A stretch of DNA of 64,000 nucleotides from an uncultured Syntrophaceae bacterium (GCA_964645835.1 CAZYDG010000052.1:23877-87876), one strand, 5' to 3'; numbered from the stretch's first letter, positions 31,354 to 42,238 are shown. Notes: generated by a model not told the origin, from the sequence alone. Program-made: numbers and translations.

Positions 31354-34091
31354 GTTATTTTTCCTTCTGCTGCAGGAATGGAAACGGTAAAGGTGCTCCC
31401 CTTCCCCCACTCACTTTGGGCATAAATCGTTCCCCCCATCATTTCCACAAGCTTTCGCGTAATGGTAAGGCCAAGCCCGGTTCCCTCCTGCACCCGAGAG
31501 ATACCAATATCTACCTGATGGAAAGGATCGAAGATAGCCTCGATATTCTCAGCCTTGATGCCGATGCCCGAATCCGCGACAGAAAGGATGACAGTTTCAA
31601 TATCATGGCTGCATTTTAAGTAAATATCCCCATGATCGGTAAATTTGACAGCATTAGTGAGAAGATTCATGACCGCCTGTTCCATGCGTCGCTGGTCTCC
31701 ACGGATTATACTTATCTCTTCACCGATTTCAAAATGCAGATGGAGTCCTTTCTTATCTACCAAGGGAGTTACTATGTGAATAACTTTCTCAATGGCTTTC
31801 CTCAAATCGAAAGCTTCGTATGATATCTTGAGCTGTCCCGCTTCAATCTTCGAGATGTCGAGGATGTCATTGATCAGCTCCAAAAGATGCCTGGCGCTGG
31901 CGCGGACCATCCCCAGTTGTTTGGTCTGTTCCTCGCTTAGCGGACCTGTCAGTCCCTGGAGGATTATCCCTGTAAATCCTATGATCGAGTTGAGGAGGGT
32001 CCGAAGTTCATGGGACATAGTGGCCAAAAAAGCCGATTTGATCTTGTCCGCCGCTTCAGCCCGTTCCTTGGCCTGCAATAGTTCAGCGGTGCGTTCGATC
32101 ACACGTTTTTCCAGCTCGGCCCTTTCCCTCTCCAGCGCGTTGATCGCCTCTGACCGTTCTGCACGGGCTCTTAAGGCGAGGATGCCATGGGTGAGATTAT
32201 CGGCCAGTTCCTTGAGAAGGGCCACTTCTTCACTGTGAAAGGCTTGTGGGTCGTTTGCATAGATGTTCAGGGCGCCAAACGGCAGATCATCCATGTTGAG
32301 CGGCAGGGCAATGGAAGATGCGTAACCCCGCTTTATCGCCCCGACACGCCAGGGGCCATAGGCCGTATCCTTCATGATGTTGTTTATCCTTTGGGGTTTT
32401 CCCGTCCGTATGGCGGTACCCGTCGGCCCGCGACCGAATTCAGTTTCATCATAGGTAATGGTGACGGAATCAAGATAGCCATCTTCAAAACCGTGCTGAG
32501 CAACAAGACGGACGAGTTTGGCCGGGCCCTCTTCGGCATATCCCACCCAAGCCATCGAATAACCGGCCGTCAGGACGATTATGCGACAGATTTCCCGGAG
32601 GAGGGCGCGCTCTTCCCTGGCTTGAATGACGGCGACATTGCATTGTGACAAAAGACGCAAAGCTCGGACCGTTCGCTGTAAAGTTTCCTCCTGGCCCTTC
32701 ATTTCGGAGACATCGCGAATTGCTTCTATGGCCCCGCATCGATTTCCTGCTCCATCATAGAGCGGAACCGCAACGCCCCAAAGATGGGCTCCCCTCCCCT
32801 GATGAAGCGATGGGATATAGGATTCTGCAAATATCTTTTGGCCTTCCCGCTTTACATATTTATACGTTTTCTCTATTTCCGAAGAGTGCATGTCGAGCAG
32901 ATCAATGAGAATAGGGCGTCTGGAACCGAATAAGGGTAAAGCGTATTCATAATCTCCTTTTCCGAGCATCTGCTCCTTCTCCACGCCGGTCATGATTTCA
33001 ATGGCCCGGTTCCAGGCTGAAATTTTCTTGTCTCCATCAACGACAAATACCGCATCGGGGAAGAATTCGATGATATCTTGTAGTTTCCTGTGTTCCTGTC
33101 GCAGGGCTTCTTCGATGGATTGCCTCTTTTCCTGCTCCCTAATGACCACAAGAGCCCGGATGAGGAAATACGTCAGAACGGCACAAAAAATGAACAGGAT
33201 CAAGATCATAAGAAGAAGCTTTTCCCTGAATCCCTCCATCAGGGTAGTCACCTCATTCTCTGGAGTGGCAACGGCGATGGACCAGAAAGTATCGCCTATG
33301 GAAATCGGCATGTACACGGCATGTTTGAGGATCGTTCCAACTTCGGAACCGCTGATCTGGTTGAAGTGATACTTTGTGACCCCTTCTTTGCCTTTCAACA
33401 TTTCCCCGGCCAGAGCAAGGAGGTCAGGGTATTCCTTGCCGACTTCCAAGATACTTTTGCCGACGACGCCCGGAACCGGGTCGTAGAGCTCGATTCCATC
33501 CCGGCTGAGAACCCAGGCATACCCATCTTTCCCGATATGGATGTCCTCAAGATACATTTTGGCCAATGCATCAAAGGAAATGAGGAAGGCAATCGTTCCA
33601 ACAAAGGCCCCTTGACTAAAGACAGGCATGTGAACGGCAACGCTGCGATAACCCTGAACGGCTTTGAATACATCGCTGATCACAAGGGCGCGGGTCCTCA
33701 TAGCCTTCCGGATGTGTTCCTGCCGGGATATATCCATACCTATCGTTGCGGCAGTATAGGGAACCGTATAGATGATTCGCCCCTGTGAATCCATCCGCGT
33801 CACACCTTTGATATCGGATGAGTATGCATTCCGGATATCGGCCATTATCTTTTTGCCTTCTTCATCCATACGGATGATGTGATCCTGGGAAGACAGCATC
33901 CTCAGTGTATCGATGTAATGACGGAAGTGATCCTGTATCCCTTTTACTGCTTGGCGGGCATGGGAAAGTTGGCGGTTGTTCAGGTCAACGATAGTCTGTT
34001 TCTTGACGGCGGAGTAGATCATCAGGAAGGCTATGATGCAGCAGACGGTGATAACCACCAGGATCGCAACGTATTTATGATATTTCTGCAT
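31350..34091 (-). CDS. Sensor histidine kinase (dCache, PAS, GAF, HisKA, HATPase)
   Basis: [14 protein letters not shown] (usual Pro replaced by Leu), NLLTNAVKFT, GTGLGL. Confidence 0.9.
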   Translation of the reverse strand: MQKYHKYVAILVVITVCCIIAFLMIYSAVKKQTIVDLNNRQLSHARQAVKGIQDHFRHYIDTLRMLSSQDHIIRMDEEGKKIMADIRNAYSSDIKGVTRMDSQGRIIYTVPYTAATIGMDISRQEHIRKAMRTRALVISDVFKAVQGYRSVAVHMPVFSQGAFVGTIAFLISFDALAKMYLEDIHIGKDGYAWVLSRDGIELYDPVPGVVGKSILEVGKEYPDLLALAGEMLKGKEGVTKYHFNQISGSEVGTILKHAVYMPISIGDTFWSIAVATPENEVTTLMEGFREKLLLMILILFIFCAVLTYFLIRALVVIREQEKRQSIEEALRQEHRKLQDIIEFFPDAVFVVDGDKKISAWNRAIEIMTGVEKEQMLGKGDYEYALPLFGSRRPILIDLLDMHSSEIEKTYKYVKREGQKIFAESYIPSLHQGRGAHLWGVAVPLYDGAGNRCGAIEAIRDVSEMKGQEETLQRTVRALRLLSQCNVAVIQAREERALLREICRIIVLTAGYSMAWVGYAEEGPAKLVRLVAQHGFEDGYLDSVTITYDETEFGRGPTGTAIRTGKPQRINNIMKDTAYGPWRVGAIKRGYASSIALPLNMDDLPFGALNIYANDPQAFHSEEVALLKELADNLTHGILALRARAERSEAINALERERAELEKRVIERTAELLQAKERAEAADKIKSAFLATMSHELRTLLNSIIGFTGIILQGLTGPLSEEQTKQLGMVRASARHLLELINDILDISKIEAGQLKISYEAFDLRKAIEKVIHIVTPLVDKKGLHLHFEIGEEISIIRGDQRRMEQAVMNLLTNAVKFTDHGDIYLKCSHDIETVILSVADSGIGIKAENIEAIFDPFHQVDIGISRVQEGTGLGLTITRKLVEMMGGTIYAQSEWGKGSTFTVSIPAAEGKIT

Positions 34092-34100
34092 TTCTAAACT

Positions 34101-34961
34101 TTAGTCCACATCGCGCAGGAAATCTTTTATTACGGCGGCAAATATTTCCGGCCGTTCGATTTGATGCAGATGAGAAGCCTTTGGAATAACAGCCATTCGA
34201 GCATTGGGAAAACACTGCTGAAAATCCTTCACCGTTTTGACGCCTGCTTCATCGCGATCACCGCAAGTCAACAAAATGGGATGGACTATGTCCGGAAGCC
34301 GCGGCGTAAGATCGAAATCTTTCAGCTTCCCGGTTATAGTGAATTCACTGGGACCCCACATCGTATTGTAGACATCCATATTCAGTCTGGGAAAAGCCTC
34401 CTGCAGGGATGCAGGCCATGGGGATAAAAGGCAGACATGCTTCTCATAATAGGCCATCATCGCTGCCTGGTATGCGCCGCCAAAATCGCCTGTCGCTTCG
34501 CCAGTTTCGATCGCAACCCGGAGTTCCGGCAGCATCAGGGCAATATTCCGGCGCTGGTCAGCATCCCAGGATGGGGAGGATAGGTAGGGAGCGCACAATA
34601 TGATTCCTTTTATTCCGCTTGGCCGGGTATCCAGCATATAGGCAGTGGCCAGCGCACAACCCCACGAAAATCCCATCAGGTACACTTCGTCAAGTTTTAG
34701 CGCTGAGCGCACCCATGCAAGTTCAGCGACATAGTTTTCCACAGAATAAAAACTCTTATCGGCGGCACGGTCACTGTTACCACAACCCAATTGATCATAA
34801 AGAATTACCGGGCGTTCTTCCCACAAGGGTTCGAGTCCATCGCTCATGCTGAGAAAGCCGGGGCCGCCATGCAACACGAGAATCGGTGTCTTTGGTCGAT
34901 TCTCGCCGTATATCGAATACCAAATCTTACCATTTGGGCTTTCAAGAGTCGCTTCACGCAT
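34101..34961 (-). CDS. Proline iminopeptidase-family alpha/beta hydrolase
   Basis: LHGGPG, YDQLGCGNS, GFSWG, MWGPSEF; AAGGAGG SD before the ATG at 34961. Confidence 0.9.
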   Translation of the reverse strand: MREATLESPNGKIWYSIYGENRPKTPILVLHGGPGFLSMSDGLEPLWEERPVILYDQLGCGNSDRAADKSFYSVENYVAELAWVRSALKLDEVYLMGFSWGCALATAYMLDTRPSGIKGIILCAPYLSSPSWDADQRRNIALMLPELRVAIETGEATGDFGGAYQAAMMAYYEKHVCLLSPWPASLQEAFPRLNMDVYNTMWGPSEFTITGKLKDFDLTPRLPDIVHPILLTCGDRDEAGVKTVKDFQQCFPNARMAVIPKASHLHQIERPEIFAAVIKDFLRDVD

Positions 34962-35079
34962 GCGTGAAACCTCCTTACAATTTAGGTGAACGGTATTGGC
35001 CGATTCAGTTATCAGATCCTGTTGCACTTGATCGACGCGGGGATTTTCATATGAACGCGCTTCAGGATCATACCTCCTG

Positions 35080-35523
35080 TTAAGGCGCCTGTTCGAGAGA
35101 TTCAAGGAGCTTGCGTTTTTGTTCAATGACCGTGCGCTGTTCTTCAACCCGTTTTTCCCATTGCGAAGCAGCAGTGAAATCTCCAATCGATTGATTCTTG
35201 TTAAACTGATACCGTTGAAGTTCTTCCTGTGCTTTCTCATAATCGGCCTTTGCCGCCTGGATGCTTTCAGCTCTGGCTTTTTGCTTGGCATCGGCCTCTG
35301 TGGATAATGTCTTTTGTTTGTCAAGCGCCTGCATTTCGCTTGCCGAAAGAGCCCGCGGCACTTTTTGGGGTTGAGCCTTAATACCGGGAGGCGGATTATC
35401 CGTATAGACAACCGATCCATCCTTATCGATATACTTGTAAATTGTGCCGGCCTGAAGAGGTTGACAAGGTAAGCTCAGACATGCCATCATAATACATGAT
35501 GCTGCAAATACAGATATCCTCAA
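35080..35523 (-). CDS. DUF4124-domain exported protein
   Basis: Signal peptide, then IYKYIDKDGSVVYTDNPP and a coiled coil. Confidence 0.8.
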   Translation of the reverse strand: MRISVFAASCIMMACLSLPCQPLQAGTIYKYIDKDGSVVYTDNPPPGIKAQPQKVPRALSASEMQALDKQKTLSTEADAKQKARAESIQAAKADYEKAQEELQRYQFNKNQSIGDFTAASQWEKRVEEQRTVIEQKRKLLESLEQAP

Positions 35524-35667
35524 GAGACGTTGCCTTTCTTAGCAATTATTGTAAGGGCTCTTTGTATGAAAAAATTAGCCCCAATTAAGGTCCATGTCAA
35601 GGGAAATGGAATCTTACTCTGAATATCCATTGACACTGGTATGGCGTGAATAGTAGAGAATATAATT

Positions 35668-37743
35668 ATGGACCATAATAAAATCGAAAACATATCAAGA
35701 GGCAAATCCGGGGATCATCAGCTCAGTCATAGAGGAGCATTGGGCAGTAAAGGCCGGCTCTTTTTCTCAATACTATTTCTATTCCTGCTATTATCCAATT
35801 CTTCAATGGCTGCAGGCCTTACTTGCAGCCGCCTGCCCATCCTGATGGAAGGCTTCCTGACTAATCACTATGCGATGAAGGACATGACTGAAGAGATCGA
35901 GACACACGCTGTCGATCAAATGATCAAGAGTCTCGACCCTTCCAAAACGCTCCTGTACGAGTCTGATCTGGAAAGGCTCAAACCGGTTCTTTACGATCTG
36001 TTTATGAGCATGCAAAAAGGCGATTGCATAGTGCTGCGGCAGGTATACGACGTCCTTGTTGCGCGGGCTCAGGAAAACGAGGCCATTGTCAAAAAAATCC
36101 TGGGGCCGGACTACCGGCTCGACGAGACAGTGGAGATGAATATCAACGTGAACAAACGTTCCTATGTGAAGACGGCAGAGGAAAAGCAAGAGCTCCTGAG
36201 GAAGCTTGTGCAATTTCAGATTGAAAACTCCCTGCTGGCAGGTGTCGACTTGGCCGAAGCCAAGAAGCGGCAGATTCACCGTTACGAACTGCAGACAAAG
36301 CGTGTAGTTGAGCGTAGTCCCGAAAAGCTGATTACCAGCTTTGCTGAGGCCTTTGCCCTGGCACTGGATCCGCATACAATCTATCTATCCTCCGAAAAAC
36401 TCGAGGACTTCCGGATTCAAATGGAGCTTTCCCTGGAGGGTATCGGGGCAAGCCTGAGTAGCGATAATGGTTTTACCGTCGTTGAGGAGTTGATTGCCGG
36501 TGGAGGCGCAGAGCGCTCCGGCTTGCTGCGTCCGAAAGACAAGATCATCGCCGTAGCCCAGGAAGGGGAAAAACCCGTTGACATAATCGACATGGACTTG
36601 CGCGATGTTATCAAGATGATCCGCGGGAAGAAAGGCACGAAGGTAACCCTGACCATCCTGAGGCAGGGGGAGAAGACCAAGCGCTTCAGAGTCACCATTA
36701 CACGCGACAAAATCAACATCACTGAGCAGGAGGCCAAGATCACCTACGAAACCAGGAGCACAAACGGCAGGCAGTATCGTTTCGGTGTGATCGATCTTCC
36801 TTCTTTCTATGGCGACGAGAAAAAAAGCAAGTCCTCCTTCGAAGACGTGAAGAGACTCCTTGTGGAGGCCAAGCGGCAGCGTGTTGATGGGATTGTGCTT
36901 GATCTTTCGCACAATGGAGGGGGACTTCTCACGGAAGCAGTTCGCTTGACCGGACTGTTCCTTGGTAACGGCAAGGTAGTTGCGGCCAAAAGCAGCCAAG
37001 GCCAGGTGACGATTTTTGCCAATGGACCAGGCCCATCCGGGGTTGAAGGCGATAAGCGCAAGGTCGTTGCCCTACCTGCAGAACCTTCCGGTGCGGTTTA
37101 TTCCGGCCCTCTCGTAGTGCTGACAAGCCGCTTAAGTGCATCTGCCAGCGAGATTGTGGCGGGTGTCCTTAAAGACTACCATCGCGCAGTTATTGTTGGG
37201 TCGGATCATACCTTCGGTAAAGGTTCAGTGCAGAGTGTAATACCGCTGCGATGGGATCTTGGCGCCATGACAGTCACCACAGGGCTCTACTTTCTACCAG
37301 GCGGCAAATCAACGCAGAAGATGGGCGTAGAAGCGGACGTGCAGCTTCCCTTCTGGTTCAGTCTCGAAGACATCGGTGAAACGGCACTTGACTACCCGCT
37401 TCCGGTCCAGTCGATTACACCTTTTATCGGCATGCTCGGAAAAACCACACCCCGATGGAAACGTCTGGATCAGCCCATGCTCGACGAGTTGGCGGCAAGA
37501 TCCAGGACCCGCGTCGCAAAAGATGCAAAGTTTGCTGAGATAATCAAGAACAACAAAGAAGCCGCCAGCCGGAAGGGTGTCATACGGCTAGCCGATTTAC
37601 GAAAAGAGATGGAAAAGGAAACCGAAGGCAAGAAGAACGAGACAGCCGCCGAACTCAGGAAGAAATCCCGTGATCAGTATGTTCCTTTCGTGAACGAGAG
37701 CGTCAATGTTCTCCTCGATATGGTAACACTGGGAACCCAATAA
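35668..37743 (+). CDS. C-terminal processing (tail-specific) protease, S41A
   Basis: LDPHT, PDZ GIGASL, DLSHNGGG, SASASE, TFGKG. Confidence 0.92.
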   Translation: MDHNKIENISRGKSGDHQLSHRGALGSKGRLFFSILFLFLLLSNSSMAAGLTCSRLPILMEGFLTNHYAMKDMTEEIETHAVDQMIKSLDPSKTLLYESDLERLKPVLYDLFMSMQKGDCIVLRQVYDVLVARAQENEAIVKKILGPDYRLDETVEMNINVNKRSYVKTAEEKQELLRKLVQFQIENSLLAGVDLAEAKKRQIHRYELQTKRVVERSPEKLITSFAEAFALALDPHTIYLSSEKLEDFRIQMELSLEGIGASLSSDNGFTVVEELIAGGGAERSGLLRPKDKIIAVAQEGEKPVDIIDMDLRDVIKMIRGKKGTKVTLTILRQGEKTKRFRVTITRDKINITEQEAKITYETRSTNGRQYRFGVIDLPSFYGDEKKSKSSFEDVKRLLVEAKRQRVDGIVLDLSHNGGGLLTEAVRLTGLFLGNGKVVAAKSSQGQVTIFANGPGPSGVEGDKRKVVALPAEPSGAVYSGPLVVLTSRLSASASEIVAGVLKDYHRAVIVGSDHTFGKGSVQSVIPLRWDLGAMTVTTGLYFLPGGKSTQKMGVEADVQLPFWFSLEDIGETALDYPLPVQSITPFIGMLGKTTPRWKRLDQPMLDELAARSRTRVAKDAKFAEIIKNNKEAASRKGVIRLADLRKEMEKETEGKKNETAAELRKKSRDQYVPFVNESVNVLLDMVTLGTQ

Positions 37744-37875
37744 AATCATGGCAGCCTGTGAAGGGTTCAATCATTATCACTGCGGAGGGCGCATCTTGAA
37801 GGGATCTTTCTTTGGCTCTACAACTGATCCTTCCGGAATGTCAAACTGGAAAAAGATAAAAGGTGCTCAGTGCGC

Positions 37876-38355
37876 CTATTTCTTATCCAAAGGCCGGTAG
37901 CGTACTATAATTGCTGAAGCTTGTGACTCTACCGATGCAAGCGCTTCAATCATCAGTTTTGTGGCATCTTCCTCTTTAAAACCGCCCGTTCCCGCACCAA
38001 TGACGGGAAACGCGACTGACATAAAAGAATTCTCGTTGACCAGCCGCATAGCAGACGTGACAGATCCCTGAATGGACCTGCGTGACGACCTCCAAAACAT
38101 ACTGATCCCTGCAACATGTATAATTGCTTTATAGGGCAGCGTGCCTGCTGTAGTAAGCACCGCACCACCGAGAGGAATAGGACCAAAGCGCTGCAATTCT
38201 CTAAAAGGCCTGTAACCACCTCTCCTTTTGATAGCGCCGGAAACCCCTTGTGGAAGCAGTAACCACCAGGGAATGATATTTCGGTTCCACGCATTGACTA
38301 TGACATCAACGTTTTGGTTAAGTAAATCGCCGTCTATTACGAGCGGAATAACCAT
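37876..38355 (-). CDS. Macro domain protein
   Basis: GDLL, DVIVNAWN, GVSGAI, FPVIGAGTGG. Confidence 0.88.
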   Translation of the reverse strand: MVIPLVIDGDLLNQNVDVIVNAWNRNIIPWWLLLPQGVSGAIKRRGGYRPFRELQRFGPIPLGGAVLTTAGTLPYKAIIHVAGISMFWRSSRRSIQGSVTSAMRLVNENSFMSVAFPVIGAGTGGFKEEDATKLMIEALASVESQASAIIVRYRPLDKK

Positions 38356-38412
38356 GATGCAAACCTATTACGAGCATCATCACGAGACCCGATGGTCGTG
38401 ATGATGTCGTGA

Positions 38413-39285
38413 TTAGAGATCCGTTGCCATGGGGATACGCGACTCGCATGGAACCCCCGTCTGACAGAGACCGCAGCCGTAGCTAGCGATCCCGAATTGA
38501 GATTTTGCATAGGGGGCAACTGTTTCAAAGAGATAGGACTTGCATTTCGATTTGTCGTGCCCATCTTCAGTTATGGCGCCGCATGGGCATCGCGAAATGC
38601 ATTTTCTGCAGGTGCCCTTTGTGTAAAACAGGCAATAGGCATGCGGTTCATTGTATGGACGCTCTGTGGGAGAGACATCAATGCGCGCGATGACTGAGCC
38701 GCACCGCATGGCTTTTCCCTTCCGTGTAATCAGCCCGTCGCAGAGGCCGAACGTCCCAAGGCCCGACGTATAAGCCGCGTGGCGCTCCGACCAGTTGGAC
38801 GCAAACCCGTATTTTTTCGACTCCTGCCATGACCACTTTGGAGACTGGGCAGGTACGAGGGACTGGATGCCTCTATCCAGCAGATGACTCACCACATGCC
38901 GGGCCAGTTTCATACTGAAGTCTTCTCCGTAATTCCGCGAACGAACCCACCGCTCCGCAGGCAGGCTCGATTCACGGCGATTATCAGCCTTAGTGGATTC
39001 TGTCTGCGGTAGAACCCAGCTGATGACTGTCAGCTCTTCAACTTTCACTTTCGTATCCGGGAAGGAAAGAGAAAATATCTCCTCAGGCGTCCAGAAGAAT
39101 GACCCGATATCTGACTTGAAAAATGAGTAGAGCGGATCATCGCCGCGGGAAAATCCGACAAGCGCGTCTTCCCAAGCCTTGTCGCCATTACCCTTAAGGG
39201 AATTATCCTCGGAATCCGCGACGTAATCCCTGATGATATTCTCAATCCATATCGCCGATGTTTCTTTCATTTCAGGTAATTCCAT
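38413..39285 (-). CDS. QueG-like (epoxyqueuosine reductase family) 4Fe-4S protein
   Basis: SERHAAYTSGLGTFG, CRKCISRCP, CGLCQTGVPC. Confidence 0.75.
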   Translation of the reverse strand: MELPEMKETSAIWIENIIRDYVADSEDNSLKGNGDKAWEDALVGFSRGDDPLYSFFKSDIGSFFWTPEEIFSLSFPDTKVKVEELTVISWVLPQTESTKADNRRESSLPAERWVRSRNYGEDFSMKLARHVVSHLLDRGIQSLVPAQSPKWSWQESKKYGFASNWSERHAAYTSGLGTFGLCDGLITRKGKAMRCGSVIARIDVSPTERPYNEPHAYCLFYTKGTCRKCISRCPCGAITEDGHDKSKCKSYLFETVAPYAKSQFGIASYGCGLCQTGVPCESRIPMATDL

Positions 39286-39470
39286 TGGAACCTCCTCTGC
39301 TCTTTATGATTCATCCGGCTGACTTTCGTCAACAATAATTTTTACGGGGGTTTTTATCCAAGTTACAGCAATCCGGCAAATTCTGTCAGGATGCAGAGTT
39401 GACAGAAATAATCATGGACTTCAGAGACAAACAGATGCAGATTATTGAGAGTATATTCAGATGAGATGGT

Positions 39471-40664
39471 TCAGCTATTAACGATTGTCTCTGTAGGTCT
39501 ACTCTTGTGATCACCTATATCGAGGCGGACAGCCACGAAGATACGGTAGAGCACTGTCAGGATGAGAAAGCCGCCTGCCCAGATGCCCAGGGTGATGGCT
39601 ATTTCGGGGATTGTGGGCACATATTCTGTGATCTTCTGGAGGGGTGAGGGTATGAAGCCCGTGACCACCAGGCCCAGACCCTTTTCAATCCAGAGGGAGA
39701 CAAATACGGCCCCGCAGGCCATGGCCAGTATGGGCTCATTTTTACGCGTCTGCGGCAAAATCAGGAGCACCAGGGCTGCAATGGCGAAGATTGCCGAAGT
39801 CCACATCCAGGGGACGAGATTCACGTGACCTTCGAGACCGGTAAAGAGATAGGCAAAATGTTCCATCTCCTCAGGTATCCGGCTGTAAAAAGCCGTGAAA
39901 ATCTCCACCAGGACGAAGAAAATGCTCGTGGCCAGTGCATAGGCTACGATCTTTGCCAGGGTCTGGATCGCCTTTTCCCCGGCATCGAAGCTGCCGGCCC
40001 GCTTCAGGATCAGACAGAACAGGATCAGGAGGGCCGGTCCGGAGGCAAAAGCGGAAGCAAGAAAACGGGGCGCCATGATCGCTGTGAGCCAGAACGTCCT
40101 GCCCGGCAGGCCCGCATAGATGAAGGCCGTTACCGTGTGGATGCTGATAGCCCAGGGGATGGACAGGTATATCAGGGGCTTCACCCAGGCCGGGGGCGGT
40201 ATCTCTTTGCGTTCGCAGGAAAGCACGACCCAGCCGGTGACTATGTTAATAAGCAGATAGCCGTTTAAGACGATCATATCCCAGAAGAGGATGGAAGTCG
40301 GCGATGGATAAAGGAGGACGTTCATCACACGCGTGGGCTGGCCGAGATCGACGAAGATGAAAACGACGCACATGATCACGGCTGACACAGCCAGAAACTC
40401 GCCCAGAACGGTTATTCTGCCGAAGGCCTTGTAGTCGTGGAGGTAGTAGGGGAGCACGAGCATGACGGCAGAGGCTGCGATGCCGACAAGAAAAGTGAAC
40501 TGGGCAATATAGAGGCCCCATGACACATCGCGGCTCATACCAGTGATACCCAGGCCGTATTCCAGTTGCTTTAGGTAGCAGATGAAGCCGGTACCCATTA
40601 TGGCAAGGAGAATTATCACCCATGTCCAGTATCCGCGATTCCCCCTCAGGGCTTTCTCAAGCAT
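39471..40664 (-). CDS. dsrP: DsrP (NrfD/PsrC family membrane subunit)
   Basis: TGMSRDVSWGLYIAQFTFLVGIAASAV, SIPWAISIHTVTAF; dsr context. Confidence 0.93.
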   Translation of the reverse strand: MLEKALRGNRGYWTWVIILLAIMGTGFICYLKQLEYGLGITGMSRDVSWGLYIAQFTFLVGIAASAVMLVLPYYLHDYKAFGRITVLGEFLAVSAVIMCVVFIFVDLGQPTRVMNVLLYPSPTSILFWDMIVLNGYLLINIVTGWVVLSCERKEIPPPAWVKPLIYLSIPWAISIHTVTAFIYAGLPGRTFWLTAIMAPRFLASAFASGPALLILFCLILKRAGSFDAGEKAIQTLAKIVAYALATSIFFVLVEIFTAFYSRIPEEMEHFAYLFTGLEGHVNLVPWMWTSAIFAIAALVLLILPQTRKNEPILAMACGAVFVSLWIEKGLGLVVTGFIPSPLQKITEYVPTIPEIAITLGIWAGGFLILTVLYRIFVAVRLDIGDHKSRPTETIVNS

Positions 40665-40676
40665 GGCAGCCTTACC

Positions 40677-41438
40677 TCATAATAAATAATATACATGTGG
40701 TTGGGTTCCCAGGATAGCGTGCCGGCGGAGGGCCAGGCGGTTCCTGAGAACCAGGCTGACATCCGAACCGGGATCGTCCAGATCGCCGAAGATCAGGGCC
40801 TTTTCCTTGCAAGCAGTGACACAGGCGGGAAGTAGGCCCCGCGCGAGGCGTTCCTCGCAGAAATGGCATTTTTCCACCACGCCCCTGGTACGCGTAGGAT
40901 AATCGAGATTGATCTTCGGGATAAAGGGACGAGGATTCCGGTAGTTCATGCTCCGTGCTCCATAAGGACATGCGGCCATGCAGAAGCGGCAGCCAATACA
41001 CCGGTGGTAATCCATCATCACTATGCCATCGGGTCGCTGATAAGTCGCCTTCGTAGGGCAGACCCGGACGCAAGGCGGGTTTGCGCACTGGTTGCAAAGT
41101 ACGGGAAGGCGGAGCTGCTGGATGGACTGCGGCATGCGGGCATAATTCTCACCAGGGAAGGCATGGACGAAATCGCTCTGCCAGATCCACTTTATCTCGT
41201 CCTTGGAGTTATCCATGGCAGGCACATTATGCACTGTATGGCAGGCGTGGATGCAGTCTTTGCAATCTGAAGGGCACTTTGCCGGGATTACCGCCATGGC
41301 CCATCTTTTGGCGGTGAGGGCCTTGGGTCCGGGCTTAAGCATGCGCTCCGGCGATGAGAGCCCGGTTGTAGGCAGCAAAAGGGAGATTGTGGTAATTCCT
41401 GCCATTTTGAGGAAATCCCTGCGGCTCTGTTCCATCAT
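40677..41438 (-). CDS. dsrO: DsrO periplasmic ferredoxin-like subunit
   Basis: Tat motif SRRDFLK; CNQCANPPCVRVCPT, CIGCRFCMAACPYG. Confidence 0.93.
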   Translation of the reverse strand: MMEQSRRDFLKMAGITTISLLLPTTGLSSPERMLKPGPKALTAKRWAMAVIPAKCPSDCKDCIHACHTVHNVPAMDNSKDEIKWIWQSDFVHAFPGENYARMPQSIQQLRLPVLCNQCANPPCVRVCPTKATYQRPDGIVMMDYHRCIGCRFCMAACPYGARSMNYRNPRPFIPKINLDYPTRTRGVVEKCHFCEERLARGLLPACVTACKEKALIFGDLDDPGSDVSLVLRNRLALRRHAILGTQPHVYYLL

Positions 41439-41833
41439 TTCACCTCCCCGGGAACGATATGGCAGTTCCAGCATGTGGGTTTGGCTCCCAGGGCGTCGTG
41501 GCAGCGGTCACAGAACTTGTCTTTGTTGCTGTAGCATCCCAGGCATGTGCCAGTGAGGCTCGCCTCCATGATCTTCCCGTTTTTCGCCGTATAAAAGCGC
41601 TTCCCTTCACGCACCACCTGGTCCCGCCAGGAGACAAGAAGTTTCATGTGATGGGCTCGCATGAATACCGTGTCCTCCACGCAACTCTTCTCCGAGAGCA
41701 CAGCAATGGCCGGTGTATCAAGGCTTGGCTCGGGAACAGGCGTCTTTTTGCCAAACCAGAAGGGTATCGTGACCAGGATAACAAATAACACGATGCCAGC
41801 AATTATCACTTTCTTGTCATAGAGTTTCATCAT
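41435..41833 (-). CDS. dsrJ: DsrJ cytochrome c (first heme motif altered)
   Basis: MRAHHMKLL..WRD.VVREG; CLGCY, CDRCH, CWNCH. Confidence 0.9.
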   Translation of the reverse strand: MMKLYDKKVIIAGIVLFVILVTIPFWFGKKTPVPEPSLDTPAIAVLSEKSCVEDTVFMRAHHMKLLVSWRDQVVREGKRFYTAKNGKIMEASLTGTCLGCYSNKDKFCDRCHDALGAKPTCWNCHIVPGEVK

Positions 41834-41960
41834 TCGGGACCTGTATTACTCCTACATAATCCATTGGGAACACATTAACCATCAGCCAGGGAACTGATTA
41901 GTTCTCTTCAATCATCGGAAAATCAAGACTTATGATTGCGGTCAATCCTCCAGAAATGCG

Positions 41961-42121
41961 GGAGCCCTCCGTGCGCTGGATCTTTTTTCGACCCTTGCAG
42001 TCCTTCGCTGCACTGCAAAGACAAAACTCGCGCTATGCGCTCAAACAGTTGTCTTTGCGATCGTTCCGCTTCAGGAGCAGGGTACCCCGAAAAAACATCC
42101 AATGCGCGCTTCCGGGCCCCC
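41961..42121. repeat. Long stem-loop MITE/REP-like element 1
   Basis: Nested inverted arms (TGGAT/ATCCA, TTTTTTCG/CGAAAAAA, GCAAAGACAA/TTGTCTTTGC) around core AAACTCGCGCTATGCGCTCAAACA at 42024-42047. Confidence 0.7.
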
Positions 42122-42238
42122 GATTCCCTCGGTACGCCCGGTTACCTTCATAAAGTTCAGTAACCATGCCAATCTCGTCATTGCCTCAAAAACGGAGGCA
42201 TAGTCGCTAAAAAGCTATTGGTACTTCGTTTACCTTCA

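Noticed and set aside
34962-35420. Long N-terminal extension of the 439-aa ORF 34101-35420
   Set aside because: It overlaps the DUF4124 gene in another frame, and a strong SD supports the start at 34961.
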